Translations under genes and position numbers: made by a program
Notes under the pieces: model-generated
Databases searched by the model: none
The model's input: the letters and a program-made list of their open reading frames with translations, nothing else
What the model was told of the DNA's origin: nothing
Shown: piece by piece, positions 39,953 to 51,187 of the stretch
Layout: each line of letters begins with the position of its first letter
Numbering within the stretch: the stretch's first letter is position 1
Origin: Candidatus Cloacimonadota bacterium
Lineage (GTDB): Bacteria > Cloacimonadota > Cloacimonadia > Cloacimonadales > WRIO01
Assembly (NCBI GenBank): GCA_029564175.1
Contig: JAKQQL010000437.1
Span: forward strand, 1-64,000
Length of the DNA stretch: 64,000 nt
Reading direction: 5' to 3'

Positions 39953-41033
39953 TGTAAATAAGATTTATGAAAATGGATTTCATGCAGTTAAAGATGTCAA
40001 TATACGGGCAGAAGATAAAGAATTTGTTGTTCTTGTTGGACCTTCTGGATGTGGAAAAACAACCACTTTGAGGATGGTTGCCGGTCTTGAAACGATCAGC
40101 TCTGGAGAGATAATCATTGAAGATAAAATTGTCAACGATGTTTTACCAAAAGACCGAAATATTGCCATGGTTTTTCAGAATTATGCCCTATATCCTCACA
40201 TGAGTGTATATGAAAATATGGCTTTTGCACTTAAACTTAGAAAAATGAATAAATCAGAAATCAAAAATAAAGTACAAGTTGCTGCTGAAATGCTGGGTAT
40301 TGAAAAACTACTTGATAGAAAACCAAAACAACTCTCAGGTGGTCAAAGACAACGTGTTGCATTAGGAAGAGCAATTGTCAGAAACCCGAAAGTATTCCTC
40401 TTTGACGAACCTCTCTCAAATCTAGATGCAAAAATGCGTGTTCAGATGAGAGCTGAAATATCACGATTACATAAAAATCTTCAAACAACTATGATTTATG
40501 TAACTCATGATCAAATTGAAGCAATGACGATGGCTGATAAAATCGTTGTTATGAAAGATGGGATTGTTCATCAAATTGACACGCCATTAAATGTCTATAA
40601 TCATCCTGTTAATCTTTTTGTTTCAGGTTTTATTGGTAGTCCAGCAATCAATTCATTCAAAGGAAAGTTACTTCATGAAAACAGTCAGTTGTATTTTGTT
40701 AGCGAAGATTTAAAAATATGTTTAACTCAAGAACAAGTACACTCATTAAAAGACTACAAACTTAATGATATAATTTTTTCAATAAGACCTGAAGATATTT
40801 ATGATTCAGATTTTGATAACCTTATCCAGGAGAAACAAATCATTAAAGCATTCTGTGATATTGTTGAACCACTCGGTAATGAATATATGGTATATTTAAA
40901 AGTAGGTTCTTACAATATAACAGCTCGTTTTGACCCCAAAAAACTGCCAGTTATCAATGAAAATATGAATATCAGCTTTGATATGTCTAAAGCACACTTG
41001 TTTAATCCTGAAAACGAATTGTGTCTAATTTAA
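39930..41033 (+). CDS. Carbohydrate ABC transporter ATPase (MalK/UgpC/MsmK family)
   Basis: [45 protein letters not shown]-like tail. Confidence 0.93.
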   Translation: MAQVLINNVNKIYENGFHAVKDVNIRAEDKEFVVLVGPSGCGKTTTLRMVAGLETISSGEIIIEDKIVNDVLPKDRNIAMVFQNYALYPHMSVYENMAFALKLRKMNKSEIKNKVQVAAEMLGIEKLLDRKPKQLSGGQRQRVALGRAIVRNPKVFLFDEPLSNLDAKMRVQMRAEISRLHKNLQTTMIYVTHDQIEAMTMADKIVVMKDGIVHQIDTPLNVYNHPVNLFVSGFIGSPAINSFKGKLLHENSQLYFVSEDLKICLTQEQVHSLKDYKLNDIIFSIRPEDIYDSDFDNLIQEKQIIKAFCDIVEPLGNEYMVYLKVGSYNITARFDPKKLPVINENMNISFDMSKAHLFNPENELCLI

Positions 41034-41192
41034 AAAGTATTCATAAAGAAGCAGCAATGAGATACAAATCATTTCAATAAAAACAGCTAAAGAAGATAGT
41101 TAAAGGAATAATGTTAACAGCCCTATATCATGCTTTTGCCTATCTAATGATCAACTCTCATACTTTCTAAAAGATAATTAAGGATATTTAAA

Positions 41193-42005
41193 ATGAAAGA
41201 ATCATTTTTTGAAGTTTCATCTTCAACTCCTATTTTAGCTGTTGCGCTTCATGGAGGCCATCAGCTTCATGATGAAATAAAAAAGATAATTGGATTAAGC
41301 AATAACGTACTTTTACATGAAGAAGATCCATTTACCGATTATATTGCGAGTGCTTTTGATTCCAGAATTATTCAAAATACCAGTCGCTTCGAATATGATA
41401 TTAACAGATCTCCACAATCTGCAGTTTACAAAATACCTTCTGATTGTTGGAATCTGCCAATTTATCCAAATCAAATAAAAGAATCCATAAGTGATCAGTC
41501 ACAACAGAAATACTCAGTTTTTTATAAACAAATTGATGAAATACTCAACAATTTACTTAACAAATTTTCTAAAATCTTCATTTGGGATATTCACAGTTTC
41601 AATAATCGTGGAAGACCTGATATAAATAGCATAAATGATAATAATAGTGTACCTGATATTTGCCTTGGTACTAGTAATAGTCATTCGGATTTTTATCCCC
41701 TTTTTAAAGAGATTGCAGAAAACTTAAGAACAATTGATTTCTTTGGAAAAAATTTGTCAGTTGATTTTAATAATCCTTTTCCTGGTGGTTATTTTGCACG
41801 CTATCTGCATCATCATTTTGCTGAAAGAGTCGCAGTATTTTCTATAGAATTCAATAAAAGAGTATTTATGCAGAATACCCATTTTCAATTTGATGAAACA
41901 AACGGGATGATTGATATTGCAGCTATCAGCCGTTTAAGAGAAATGTTGCTTAGTCAAAATCAAATTATTTTGAATCATCTCAAATTGAATGATTATCTAA
42001 ATTGA
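41193..42005 (+). CDS. N-formylglutamate amidohydrolase family protein
   Basis: ALHGGH, EEDPFTD, SRFEYDINR, DIHSF, NPFPGGYF, IEF. Confidence 0.85.
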   Translation: MKESFFEVSSSTPILAVALHGGHQLHDEIKKIIGLSNNVLLHEEDPFTDYIASAFDSRIIQNTSRFEYDINRSPQSAVYKIPSDCWNLPIYPNQIKESISDQSQQKYSVFYKQIDEILNNLLNKFSKIFIWDIHSFNNRGRPDINSINDNNSVPDICLGTSNSHSDFYPLFKEIAENLRTIDFFGKNLSVDFNNPFPGGYFARYLHHHFAERVAVFSIEFNKRVFMQNTHFQFDETNGMIDIAAISRLREMLLSQNQIILNHLKLNDYLN

Positions 42006-42028
42006 TCAGAGATTTGATCAACTGATTA

Positions 42029-43327
42029 TTATAACGTTGGTCTAATCCCTGACTTTAAAGTAATTCTAATAAAAACCATAGCCATTATAGAAGAAAGAAC
42101 AGATACTGTTAATGAGGTAATTGCAGCACCTTGCATTCCATAAAGTTTTATGAGAAAGTAATCAAGTGCTATATTGATAAATCCTGTAACTATAACAATA
42201 ATAAGATTATAATTCACTTTTTTTAATGCATTTAATGTATTACCCGCTGGTGATCTAAAAGTGCCAATCACGAAGTAAGCTAACATTAAAATTCTGAATG
42301 AGGGGACAGCATCTAAAAACTGACGACCAAAAATAATTTTAATAATCATTGGTGCAAAAATAATACAAAAAAGACTAATAAATGAATTTACTATAGCAAG
42401 TGAAGTTATTAGTTTATTAAAAACCTTTTTAACTTTATCACAATCTGTAGCTGATTGAACAAGATAAGGATAAGCGTAAATTAGAATTGTCATTGGCAGA
42501 AAATTCATTGCAAAAGGTATTATTGTAGCTATTTTGTATGAAGCTACTAATGTTTTATCCTTAAGTAACAGACCAATTAGAAAAACATCCAGCAAAAAAA
42601 GCAAGGATGAAAATATATTAGAAAACATCGAAACTACAGAAAATGATAAAAATTCTTTTTTTTCAGAAACACTGAGCGCTTTCGCTTTAAGAATAGAGTG
42701 AAGCTGAGGCTTAAGCAAGTAAAAACCGGTAACGACACTGATAAGTACGGCCATATACCTGCCTACTGCAATTCCATAAATACCCCAAAAAACTGCTCCA
42801 CTAGTGGAAAAGATCAAAAAAGTGGCAGAATTGACAGTTGTAAGCAGAGAAAACTTTTTATTTTCAAATGAGGAACGAAAATAGATTTGAAGTGTATCAA
42901 AAACAACATTAACCAGAGGAAAAAAACAAAGGAATAATAAAACCTGCTTACTCTCTGATATCGCTAATTTACCAAAAAAGTAGAACATTATAATTGAAAA
43001 TGCAATCATACTATTAACGATAATTCCGATTATGAGGGTATAACGAGTATAAGCATATTTTTTACTTATATCATGGTGGTTTGCACTTGAAAACTGTAAT
43101 AAGCCAACCACACATCCTAAGCCTTGAAGCAGCAAAAAAAACTGAAGAATATTTTCTGCGTATGTCCAAACTCCATAAAGTGGTTTTGAAATTATCCGAA
43201 CAAGTAAAACACTTGCACAAAACTGTATAATTTTATTGAGGAATGAAGCGCCAAAAATATGATAAAAACCTTTATCCCAAAGTTGTCTGAACTGATTAAT
43301 TAATAAATGATTTAATTTTTGATTCAT
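42029..43327 (-). CDS. Polysaccharide flippase (Wzx/MOP family)
   Basis: About 12 TMs; LIKLYGMQGAAIT near the C-terminus. ORF track extends to 43372. Confidence 0.85.
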   Translation of the reverse strand: MNQKLNHLLINQFRQLWDKGFYHIFGASFLNKIIQFCASVLLVRIISKPLYGVWTYAENILQFFLLLQGLGCVVGLLQFSSANHHDISKKYAYTRYTLIIGIIVNSMIAFSIIMFYFFGKLAISESKQVLLFLCFFPLVNVVFDTLQIYFRSSFENKKFSLLTTVNSATFLIFSTSGAVFWGIYGIAVGRYMAVLISVVTGFYLLKPQLHSILKAKALSVSEKKEFLSFSVVSMFSNIFSSLLFLLDVFLIGLLLKDKTLVASYKIATIIPFAMNFLPMTILIYAYPYLVQSATDCDKVKKVFNKLITSLAIVNSFISLFCIIFAPMIIKIIFGRQFLDAVPSFRILMLAYFVIGTFRSPAGNTLNALKKVNYNLIIVIVTGFINIALDYFLIKLYGMQGAAITSLTVSVLSSIMAMVFIRITLKSGIRPTL

Positions 43328-43476
43328 ATTCTTATCCTTACTTACTGATATAATTTGATTATGTAAATCCAATACAATAATCTCATTTTGACCAAATTAA
43401 TCAATATGATTATTATGTCAATTATATCATTTGCATAGGATAAAACATGAAATAATTTTAAAAATAATCTCTTAAT

Positions 43477-43995
43477 TTAAGGAATAATTGTTTTTAAATC
43501 TGATAATAAGTAATCAAGATCATCCTTATCTTTAATATTTTTTGATTCTTCAAGTGATTTTTTATGATAAATAGTGGTCATTTTTGTATTTTTGTTAACT
43601 AAATAAGCTCTTGCTAAGCCTTCGTATGCATAAGCTAGATTGTAACCTGTAAACTGATTAACTTCACAAATAGACAATGCTCTTTTAGCATGATAGAGGG
43701 CGGGTTCAAACATTTGTAAAACAGAATAAACCCTTGATACCTGCCATTCTCCTATGTATTCATTCTCAGCATTTCCAGCTATTTTCCAATGAAACAGAGA
43801 TGCATGAGCTGTATGGATCATCATTGCATCTTCATCTGTGGTTCTGTCTTTTTTCTCCAGTAAAGACCAAGTCTGATTAAAGAGATTAATAGCCATTTCT
43901 CGGTGAACCTCTTTATTTATAGGTTTATTATCTTTTATCTCTTCAGATGAAAGTAAACCTGTAAATGAGAGCATAAGCATCAATAGAATAAGCAT
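43477..43995 (-). CDS. Helical hypothetical protein with signal peptide
   Basis: ATG 43995 after GGAGG; FNQTWSLLEK, HASLFHW, WQVSRVY, YAYEGLARA. ORF track extends to 44052. Confidence 0.7.
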   Translation of the reverse strand: MLILLMLMLSFTGLLSSEEIKDNKPINKEVHREMAINLFNQTWSLLEKKDRTTDEDAMMIHTAHASLFHWKIAGNAENEYIGEWQVSRVYSVLQMFEPALYHAKRALSICEVNQFTGYNLAYAYEGLARAYLVNKNTKMTTIYHKKSLEESKNIKDKDDLDYLLSDLKTIIP

Positions 43996-44107
43996 TGTGA
44001 CCTCCATTACTCGATATGATAATAAAATAACATAAATTCCTAATAGAAGCAATTATAATTTACAAAAGTATAACTAGCAAAATCATATTAGCATTATCAT
44101 GCAGAGT

Positions 44108-45229
44108 CTAATCTTTTCCTTTTAAATCTTTTTCAACTGCTTTGATTGGTTCTTGTAATGATATTCTTTGTCCTGCTTTTAAACCTTCAATGATTTCAAC
44201 TTTTTGGAGATCATTTATACCAAGTTTTACAGGTTGGCTATTTTTTATTGAATCTTTTGTAGCATAATAAATAATATCATTACCACTTTCATCACTAAAA
44301 ATAGCTCTAATGGGAACCGTTACAATATTTGTTCTCTTCTCTCCAAAAATTGTAACATTAGCAGACAACCCAGGTTTTAAACGTTGATCTTTTTGTTCGA
44401 TAATGATCTCTATTGGAAAGACTTTAACATTGTTATCAGTTGAAGCTTTAGCTGCTATTTTGCTTATATATCCTGAATATGAATCGTAAGGAAATGCATC
44501 AATTCGAATATCACAAACCTGATTCATTCTTATTTTAGCAATATCGACTTCATTAATCGTTGTATTTACAAGCATTTGAGTAATATCAGCCACTTTTAAC
44601 AGTACTGTTCCTTCATTGTACGAACTGGTACTTGATACAACCATCTCCCCTTCTTCTACGTTTCTTTCTATAACTGTGCCTGAAGCTGTTGCATAAACTT
44701 TGGAAATATTATTGGATGTATCAATTTCTTTCATCAGGTTATACTGATCCAAAGTGATATTGTAATCTAACTTCGCTTTTTCAAGCTCATCATTAACATC
44801 ATCAAATTCCTGTTTTGAAATAAAGTTCTTTTCAAAAAGGCTTTTGGAATCATTCAAACTTTTTTCGGCATTCCGTAATCTGATTTCAGCAATTTTCAGT
44901 TCATTTTTAACCGAAGAAATTGTTCTTGCCTGATTATAATCTGGTTCGATTTCTGCGATAAGATCGCCTATTTTAACATAATCATTCTCCTGAACATAAA
45001 GTTTAATGATTTTCCCGCTAATTTTCGATTTTATAGCAATTTCTTTAATAGGTTGTATTTCACCTGTTTCTTCAATTTTTATTGAGATTTCACCCAATTC
45101 AGCTTCGATTGTCTGTATTGTTTTCTTTACGACAGGTTTCTTGTTTTTATTAAGAAAAACAATTCCTGAAACAAGAGTGACTATTATGATTAGAATAATT
45201 ATCCATTTCTTTTTAACTTTAAACTTCAT
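44108..45229 (-). CDS. Efflux periplasmic adaptor (MacA-like MFP)
   Basis: N-terminal anchor, KSKISGKI, VEEGEMV, NEVDIAKI, LKPGLSA, EIIEGL. Confidence 0.9.
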   Translation of the reverse strand: MKFKVKKKWIIILIIIVTLVSGIVFLNKNKKPVVKKTIQTIEAELGEISIKIEETGEIQPIKEIAIKSKISGKIIKLYVQENDYVKIGDLIAEIEPDYNQARTISSVKNELKIAEIRLRNAEKSLNDSKSLFEKNFISKQEFDDVNDELEKAKLDYNITLDQYNLMKEIDTSNNISKVYATASGTVIERNVEEGEMVVSSTSSYNEGTVLLKVADITQMLVNTTINEVDIAKIRMNQVCDIRIDAFPYDSYSGYISKIAAKASTDNNVKVFPIEIIIEQKDQRLKPGLSANVTIFGEKRTNIVTVPIRAIFSDESGNDIIYYATKDSIKNSQPVKLGINDLQKVEIIEGLKAGQRISLQEPIKAVEKDLKGKD

Positions 45230-45241
45230 TTAAAGACTCCT

Positions 45242-46501
45242 TTACCATTTTCCTAATACTTTACCAGAAATCAAATAATTAATCTCCTGCTGTTTCTTTA
45301 AAAGAGAGTAATATTTTGTATTCATGTTTAACTGAGCCTCAAGATATTGAATTCTTGATTTGTCTAAATCTAATGTATTAACAACACCTAATTCAAATCT
45401 TTTTTGAGAAATCTCAAGATTTGTTTTTGACAACTCAGCCTTTTGCTTATAAATTTGATAACTTTGCTGATAGATGTTTAAATCATTTACAGCTTGCTGA
45501 TACTTAACTTGTTCCTGTTCAACTAAGTCTTTATGCGTCAATTCCATTATCTGTGTTTGTCTTTTCTGAATACGATATTGAATTCCATTTTCGAGAAAAC
45601 TGAATAATGGATAGTTAAAATAAATACCATAAGTATAAGAATCATTATATTCTGAAGGTTTAAAAATATAATCACTTTTATGGTTACTAACAGCAAGACT
45701 ATATGAATACCCAACATAAATATTGGGGTACATATTCAGGTACGATTGATTAGCATCGTATTGATTTTTTTGTAAGTTCATCTCACTGACTTTAATTTTC
45801 AAATTATCTTTAAAATCAACAGAAGAGAGTAATTGTGTATCCAGGATAATCTCTTCAAAAGGATAACCTTCATCTTGAATTCCAAGTATTTGAAAAAACT
45901 CCTGACGTTTTGAAAATAAATTCTTTTCAAGTTCCAGTAAATCTGTTATCGCAGTCAGCGTATCAATCTGACTTGCCTGCAAATCATAAATCGTTTTCTT
46001 ATTGTTTTGATACTGAATGAATATCTGCTCGTATGTTTTTTTTTGCAAATCTACATTCTCTTTAAGAATTTTGACATTTTTTTGAGTTAACAGAATATCA
46101 GTATAGTATGAAAATATACTTAAAGCGATTTCTTTTTTTTTATCTTCCAGTTCTAGTGCAGCACTTTTTTTGCTGATATATGATTTCTTATAATTATAAT
46201 AACTCGCATCATTAAGATAAATGTTCTTAGAAACAGACAGTGAAGAATTGTAAATACGACCTAATGAACCATCCTGAGCAGATAAATGATAAGATGCATC
46301 TGGTAAGAAATCTACTAATGAAGAATTGTAACTTTTTTCAGAAATTTCATTCTGAATATTTTCAATTCTAACTGCACTAGACTGTTTTAAAGCTATTTCC
46401 AACAAATTACCTAATTCGTATGATTCTGAGAATAAATGAGCAGTCATCCCTATAAAAATCATGCATAAAAGTAACATAAACTTGATTTCATTTTTTTTCA
46501 T
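45242..46501 (-). CDS. TolC family outer-membrane protein
   Basis: Signal peptide; duplicated helical halves, KRFELGVVNTLDL; adjacent to MFP. Confidence 0.85.
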   Translation of the reverse strand: MKKNEIKFMLLLCMIFIGMTAHLFSESYELGNLLEIALKQSSAVRIENIQNEISEKSYNSSLVDFLPDASYHLSAQDGSLGRIYNSSLSVSKNIYLNDASYYNYKKSYISKKSAALELEDKKKEIALSIFSYYTDILLTQKNVKILKENVDLQKKTYEQIFIQYQNNKKTIYDLQASQIDTLTAITDLLELEKNLFSKRQEFFQILGIQDEGYPFEEIILDTQLLSSVDFKDNLKIKVSEMNLQKNQYDANQSYLNMYPNIYVGYSYSLAVSNHKSDYIFKPSEYNDSYTYGIYFNYPLFSFLENGIQYRIQKRQTQIMELTHKDLVEQEQVKYQQAVNDLNIYQQSYQIYKQKAELSKTNLEISQKRFELGVVNTLDLDKSRIQYLEAQLNMNTKYYSLLKKQQEINYLISGKVLGKW

Positions 46502-46607
46502 ACTAACTCCTTAATATACTTTAATTAAGCATTTTTAATGCCAGCTACTGAATATCCAATATACTGTTAAGAACAAACTTATAAACTACTTAAAATGAAA
46601 GGCTATT

Positions 46608-48608
46608 CTAATTGAGGAAATTCCAGTGAATAGTCCCTGAAACATGTGTTGGATTTAAATACTCTGCCAGATAATGTTCATTATTTGTGATGTTATGTAG
46701 CCTTACTGATAAATCAAACAATTTTGTAATATTGATTTTAACAAAAGTGTCAATCACGAAGGAATAACCCCATATACCCGTTTCACTCAGGATATCATCA
46801 GCATAATAAGTATCAATACCAACAGCGATTTTATTATGGCGTCCCAAATCCTTTTCTATACTCAAACCTAATTTATTGAGTAATTGTGAAGTATAGTATA
46901 ATTGTTCAGAATTTTGAAAGTCAAGCATGTGATTCATACGAAAACAATAATTTTGAATGGGGATATTGAGTGAGTTTTTTAAAGAAATAAATGAAAAGCT
47001 TTCTTTTATCTGTATTGTTTGGAATTTCTGAATCGTCTGATTTTGATATCTTTTTCCGATAGATAACTCCATATTGAGATATTGATTATATAGACGGGTA
47101 TGGACATCATATTGTTTTTCAAACTGATTGTTCATAAAGAGCTGAGTATGTAAAATACTTTCCAGAGTATTTCCTGTATAACCCGCTCCTGCTTCAATAT
47201 GTTTCCTTAAAGGAATATCAAAGTGTGTTCTGATATATTTTGATGAATTCTTTGAATGATAAATGATATCATTATTCCATGATAAAAAATCCAGATTAAG
47301 CCGGTGATTTAATCCCAAAAGTGAATATTGCATATTTTGCTGAATTAATGAGTCAAGCAAACATTCTGATTTTTCATCATTGATTTGAATAAATAAATCT
47401 ACATCATTGTAAAAAAGAGGTTGATGTGTTTTAAAACCAAAAAGCAAAGCTTCCTGACTGGTTTTAATCTTTTGACCTGTACTAACACTCATTTTCTGAT
47501 TGATTGCGTTATAACCCATATACAATGATTGAAATGAAGTGCTTATCCATTGCGTGTCAGATTTTTCATTAATCAGATCTTCAGGCATTTTCGCAAAATA
47601 AAAATTGTTTAAACGCTTTGATGAATAATCATGGCTTATTGTGCTAATTCCACCATCAACCGTCCATTTATCAAACTGATAATTCATACTAATTCTACTG
47701 TTTGCCGTACTTTCAGTAATTAAAGGCACTTCTCCCTTACTTGCATAAAAAACAGAGCTAAAATTCAGATTTTCTACGTTAAATAAGTGGTTTTTATATG
47801 CCTCTGCATTTGCATAACTGATTTCTTTCTCACTCATACCCATTTCAGTTGAAACAAGCATCGGACTGTATGGATAAAGTTTTCGATTGAGAATTTTGAT
47901 GTTTGAAAGTGAGTTAAAACTGTTATTTTTACTTGATGTTATATCTTGGATATTATTCTCAAATTGATATAAAGATATATCATTTTGATAATCAAGATTG
48001 TTATTTTTCATACTACTAATCGTTAGAAACTGGTTTGTTCGTACTATATGATTTTGATAAATAAGGCCTTTATAAAACACTGTCATTGGGTAAAAAAAAT
48101 GTTGAAAATATAAATCGTCTTTTTTTTGAGATTTAGTTTTAATAAAGTTTTCGATTTGTTCTTTTAAGACAGTAGAGTCAATATTCTCTCTTTTTTTTAA
48201 AAGGGGATTGGCTTTCTGAGGTTTTGGCTTTATTTCAAAATAGACAACTAATTCACTGTCTATGGTTTGTTGTTTTAAATAAGCGGGTTTAAAGATACTG
48301 TTTTCCAGTGCTTTTTTGATATATTCAGAATATTCAGATTCACCTTCAGGAAAGCTTAAAATCTCATATGTGCCATCTGCTTTGATGAGCAGTTTAACAG
48401 GAATAGTTTGTTCTTGTACGATCATTTCTTTTGGAAATACAAGATTTTCAAGTTTTATAACCGCTGCTGATGATGAGTCCGGCACAATCATTGTCGCTTG
48501 TGCATTTAATAATGAAGTTTTTAATAGATTTGCCTTACAAATATGACAAACAATGAGGTTAAGATTAATCAGATACAAGAAAACGAGTATAATCGATTTA
48601 TTTTTCAT
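46608..48608 (-). CDS. Exported protein: TonB-C-like segment followed by putative beta-barrel
   Basis: VKLLIKADG...FKPAYLKQQTIDSELVVYF; C-terminal RLHNITNNEHY...GTIHWNFLN. ORF track extends to 48629. Confidence 0.55.
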   Translation of the reverse strand: MKNKSIILVFLYLINLNLIVCHICKANLLKTSLLNAQATMIVPDSSSAAVIKLENLVFPKEMIVQEQTIPVKLLIKADGTYEILSFPEGESEYSEYIKKALENSIFKPAYLKQQTIDSELVVYFEIKPKPQKANPLLKKRENIDSTVLKEQIENFIKTKSQKKDDLYFQHFFYPMTVFYKGLIYQNHIVRTNQFLTISSMKNNNLDYQNDISLYQFENNIQDITSSKNNSFNSLSNIKILNRKLYPYSPMLVSTEMGMSEKEISYANAEAYKNHLFNVENLNFSSVFYASKGEVPLITESTANSRISMNYQFDKWTVDGGISTISHDYSSKRLNNFYFAKMPEDLINEKSDTQWISTSFQSLYMGYNAINQKMSVSTGQKIKTSQEALLFGFKTHQPLFYNDVDLFIQINDEKSECLLDSLIQQNMQYSLLGLNHRLNLDFLSWNNDIIYHSKNSSKYIRTHFDIPLRKHIEAGAGYTGNTLESILHTQLFMNNQFEKQYDVHTRLYNQYLNMELSIGKRYQNQTIQKFQTIQIKESFSFISLKNSLNIPIQNYCFRMNHMLDFQNSEQLYYTSQLLNKLGLSIEKDLGRHNKIAVGIDTYYADDILSETGIWGYSFVIDTFVKINITKLFDLSVRLHNITNNEHYLAEYLNPTHVSGTIHWNFLN

Positions 48609-49602
48609 ACTTTTTACCGCTTTTATCACCTAACCAATGATTTTTTTTATACCATTTATATGTACTTATCAGATTGTCCAGTAACTGTTTTTCAGATTTA
48701 AATCCAATATCATTAACAAGTTGAAGATTTGAGCATAACCAGTTTTTATGACTAAATTCTTTGACTTTCTGGCGGTTAAGAACAGGCAATTTTCTTTGTA
48801 ATCGTCCTAATACTTCGGCAAAAGTACCCGTTAAAGCAACAAAATAATCAGGAACAGCAAATGATATAACTAATTGATTCATAGCTAATGCAAGTGTATC
48901 AATAAATGATTTTACAGTATAAGCACGTCCATCTGAACAATTATATATTTTTCCATAACATATCGGATTAAGCATACATTTTGCTATGATTTTAACCAAA
49001 TCATCTACGTATATAAGACTGATAAACTTATCAGAAAGCCCTGGATGCACTGCTAAATGTTTTTCGATTAACTGAAAATAAGCTAAAAAATCTTTGTCTC
49101 CGGGTCCATATACTGATGCTGAACGTAAAATAGTCCAGTTTTTATGACATGATCTTTGAATACTTTTTTCAGCTAAAAGTTTAGATTTACCATACCAGCT
49201 AACTGGATGAGGAATATCACTTTCTCTAACTGACTGATGACCATTACCAGGACCTCCGGCAGCCTGACTGCTGATAAATATAAAATGCTGTAAAGATTCT
49301 GATTGATTTGCAAGTTTAACAAGTGATTGAGTAAGATCAACATTATTACGACATATTTCTTCGAAGGAACGTGCCTTTGTTTGAGCAGCACAATGAATAA
49401 AGACATCAGTTTCTGATATGATCTCTCTCATTATATTTTGATCATTATAATCAACCTGTTTTACAGATATATCTGGATTCAACAATGTCATATCTGCATT
49501 ATGACGAACAAGGCCTTCAACTTCAAAGCCTTCCTGATACAGGTAATTGATTAACCGGCTACCTATAAAACCGTTTGCACCACTTATTATTATCTTTTTC
49601 AT
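48598..49602 (-). CDS. NAD-dependent epimerase/dehydratase
   Basis: SGANGFIG, FISSQAA, YGKSK, VYGPGD. Confidence 0.9.
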   Translation of the reverse strand: MKKIIISGANGFIGSRLINYLYQEGFEVEGLVRHNADMTLLNPDISVKQVDYNDQNIMREIISETDVFIHCAAQTKARSFEEICRNNVDLTQSLVKLANQSESLQHFIFISSQAAGGPGNGHQSVRESDIPHPVSWYGKSKLLAEKSIQRSCHKNWTILRSASVYGPGDKDFLAYFQLIEKHLAVHPGLSDKFISLIYVDDLVKIIAKCMLNPICYGKIYNCSDGRAYTVKSFIDTLALAMNQLVISFAVPDYFVALTGTFAEVLGRLQRKLPVLNRQKVKEFSHKNWLCSNLQLVNDIGFKSEKQLLDNLISTYKWYKKNHWLGDKSGKKYEK

Positions 49603-49637
49603 ATAATCGAAAAAAGTTTTTCTCCCTTTTTAGTCAA

Positions 49638-51173
49638 TCATTTTTTCTGTTCCATTCTGAATATTTGTGGTTCAGATGATAATTTTATTTTTCCTTTAAG
49701 TTTATTTTCAATATAGGATATCACAATATCTCTTTGAAATACAGTTTCTATTGGCATCACTTTGGCGTTTCTAAATGATTCAAAGGCATCTCCCCCATTT
49801 GCCAGATAGGAGTTTGTCAAAACACGGTAAATCGCATCAGGACGAATCGCTTTCTTATGGAAAGTAACCATTTTAAGTGTACTATCCGGATTAACCTCAA
49901 TCTTGAATCCTTTTGAAAAATGCAAAAATCCGCCGGTTCCTATTTTATGCTTTACTAAATGTTCACAGGCAGTTAGCAAGTCTGCTCCTGTAATTTCAAG
50001 TAAAACCACGTGATTATCAAAAGGTAAAAGATTATGAATATCGGATATTTTGATATCTCCCTTGTTCAAGAAATTACGAACTCCTCCCCCATTCGTAATA
50101 CTAAAATCAGGTTTTTCTTTTCTGAAATACCATTGCATGGCATCTACACAAAGGCTGGCCAGCTCATTTTCCTGCCATCTGACCTTATCCGTATTGTAAT
50201 CTTTATCTGTCTGACCAATGACTTTTCCCATTTGCTTTAAAGCAACATTTTGGTAAGATTGAAGCAAATCGAGAAGTTCTTTTTTTTCTGTTAATATAAG
50301 CCTATCCTTATCTTTTGTTTGTAAGGCAATTGGAGTCCAGCTAAGGAAATCCACTTTATCCTGATTCACTTCAAATTCTGCTTTACCGATAAATGTACCC
50401 CAACAGAGAGCCTGCACAACAGGTATAGAATCTTGAGAAGCATTCTGTTTTACCCATACCGGTTTTTCTAGTTGTGTATGGCTATGTCCGTCAATCACAA
50501 TATCTATTCCTTTTACATGCTTTGCCAGTCTCAGAGAACCATACTCAGGGTCTTCTGAAATGCCTAAATGTACTAAGGCAATAATCATATCTGTACTGTC
50601 TTTAATACTGTTTACAATACCTTGAGCTGTTTCCACTTCATCCAGAAATTTTAAATGACTGGTTACAGATATCGGTGCTGAAAACTGTGTGGTATTGGTT
50701 GTTAAGCCAATAATACCAATCTTCTTGTTCTTGATTTCTTTGATGATATAGGGTTTTGCAACATAAGAACCGTCATTATAGGTGATATTGGCACATAAAA
50801 AAGGGAAATCAGCATTTTTCTTCTGTTTATTAAGCTTCTCCAGTGTTTCATAAAATTCATGATTTCCAAGGGTCATCGCATCGTATTTAAGATAATTGTA
50901 ACCTTTAATATCCGGTTCTGCATCAAATAGATTAGATTCAATCAAACCATCATTGATATCACCACAATCCAACAAAAGCACATTCTCATTTATATAACGA
51001 ATACTGTCAATAACCGTTGCTCTGACAGGAAGTCCTCCTCCTGTAAACTGCCCGACCTGAAAGGATAATGGTCTGCCATGATGATCATTGGTATGAAGGA
51101 TAACAATCTTCTCAGCATATAAACTGAAGAGAAAAAAAATGATGATCATACTGATTACAAATCTGGATTTCAT
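49638..51173 (-). CDS. Exported 5'-nucleotidase (UshA-like metallophosphoesterase)
   Basis: HTNDHHG, LDCGD, LGNHEF, DGHSH, NGGGVR, LPFDN, YLANGGD. Confidence 0.92.
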   Translation of the reverse strand: MKSRFVISMIIIFFLFSLYAEKIVILHTNDHHGRPLSFQVGQFTGGGLPVRATVIDSIRYINENVLLLDCGDINDGLIESNLFDAEPDIKGYNYLKYDAMTLGNHEFYETLEKLNKQKKNADFPFLCANITYNDGSYVAKPYIIKEIKNKKIGIIGLTTNTTQFSAPISVTSHLKFLDEVETAQGIVNSIKDSTDMIIALVHLGISEDPEYGSLRLAKHVKGIDIVIDGHSHTQLEKPVWVKQNASQDSIPVVQALCWGTFIGKAEFEVNQDKVDFLSWTPIALQTKDKDRLILTEKKELLDLLQSYQNVALKQMGKVIGQTDKDYNTDKVRWQENELASLCVDAMQWYFRKEKPDFSITNGGGVRNFLNKGDIKISDIHNLLPFDNHVVLLEITGADLLTACEHLVKHKIGTGGFLHFSKGFKIEVNPDSTLKMVTFHKKAIRPDAIYRVLTNSYLANGGDAFESFRNAKVMPIETVFQRDIVISYIENKLKGKIKLSSEPQIFRMEQKK

Positions 51174-51187
51174 GAAAAACTCCTTTT

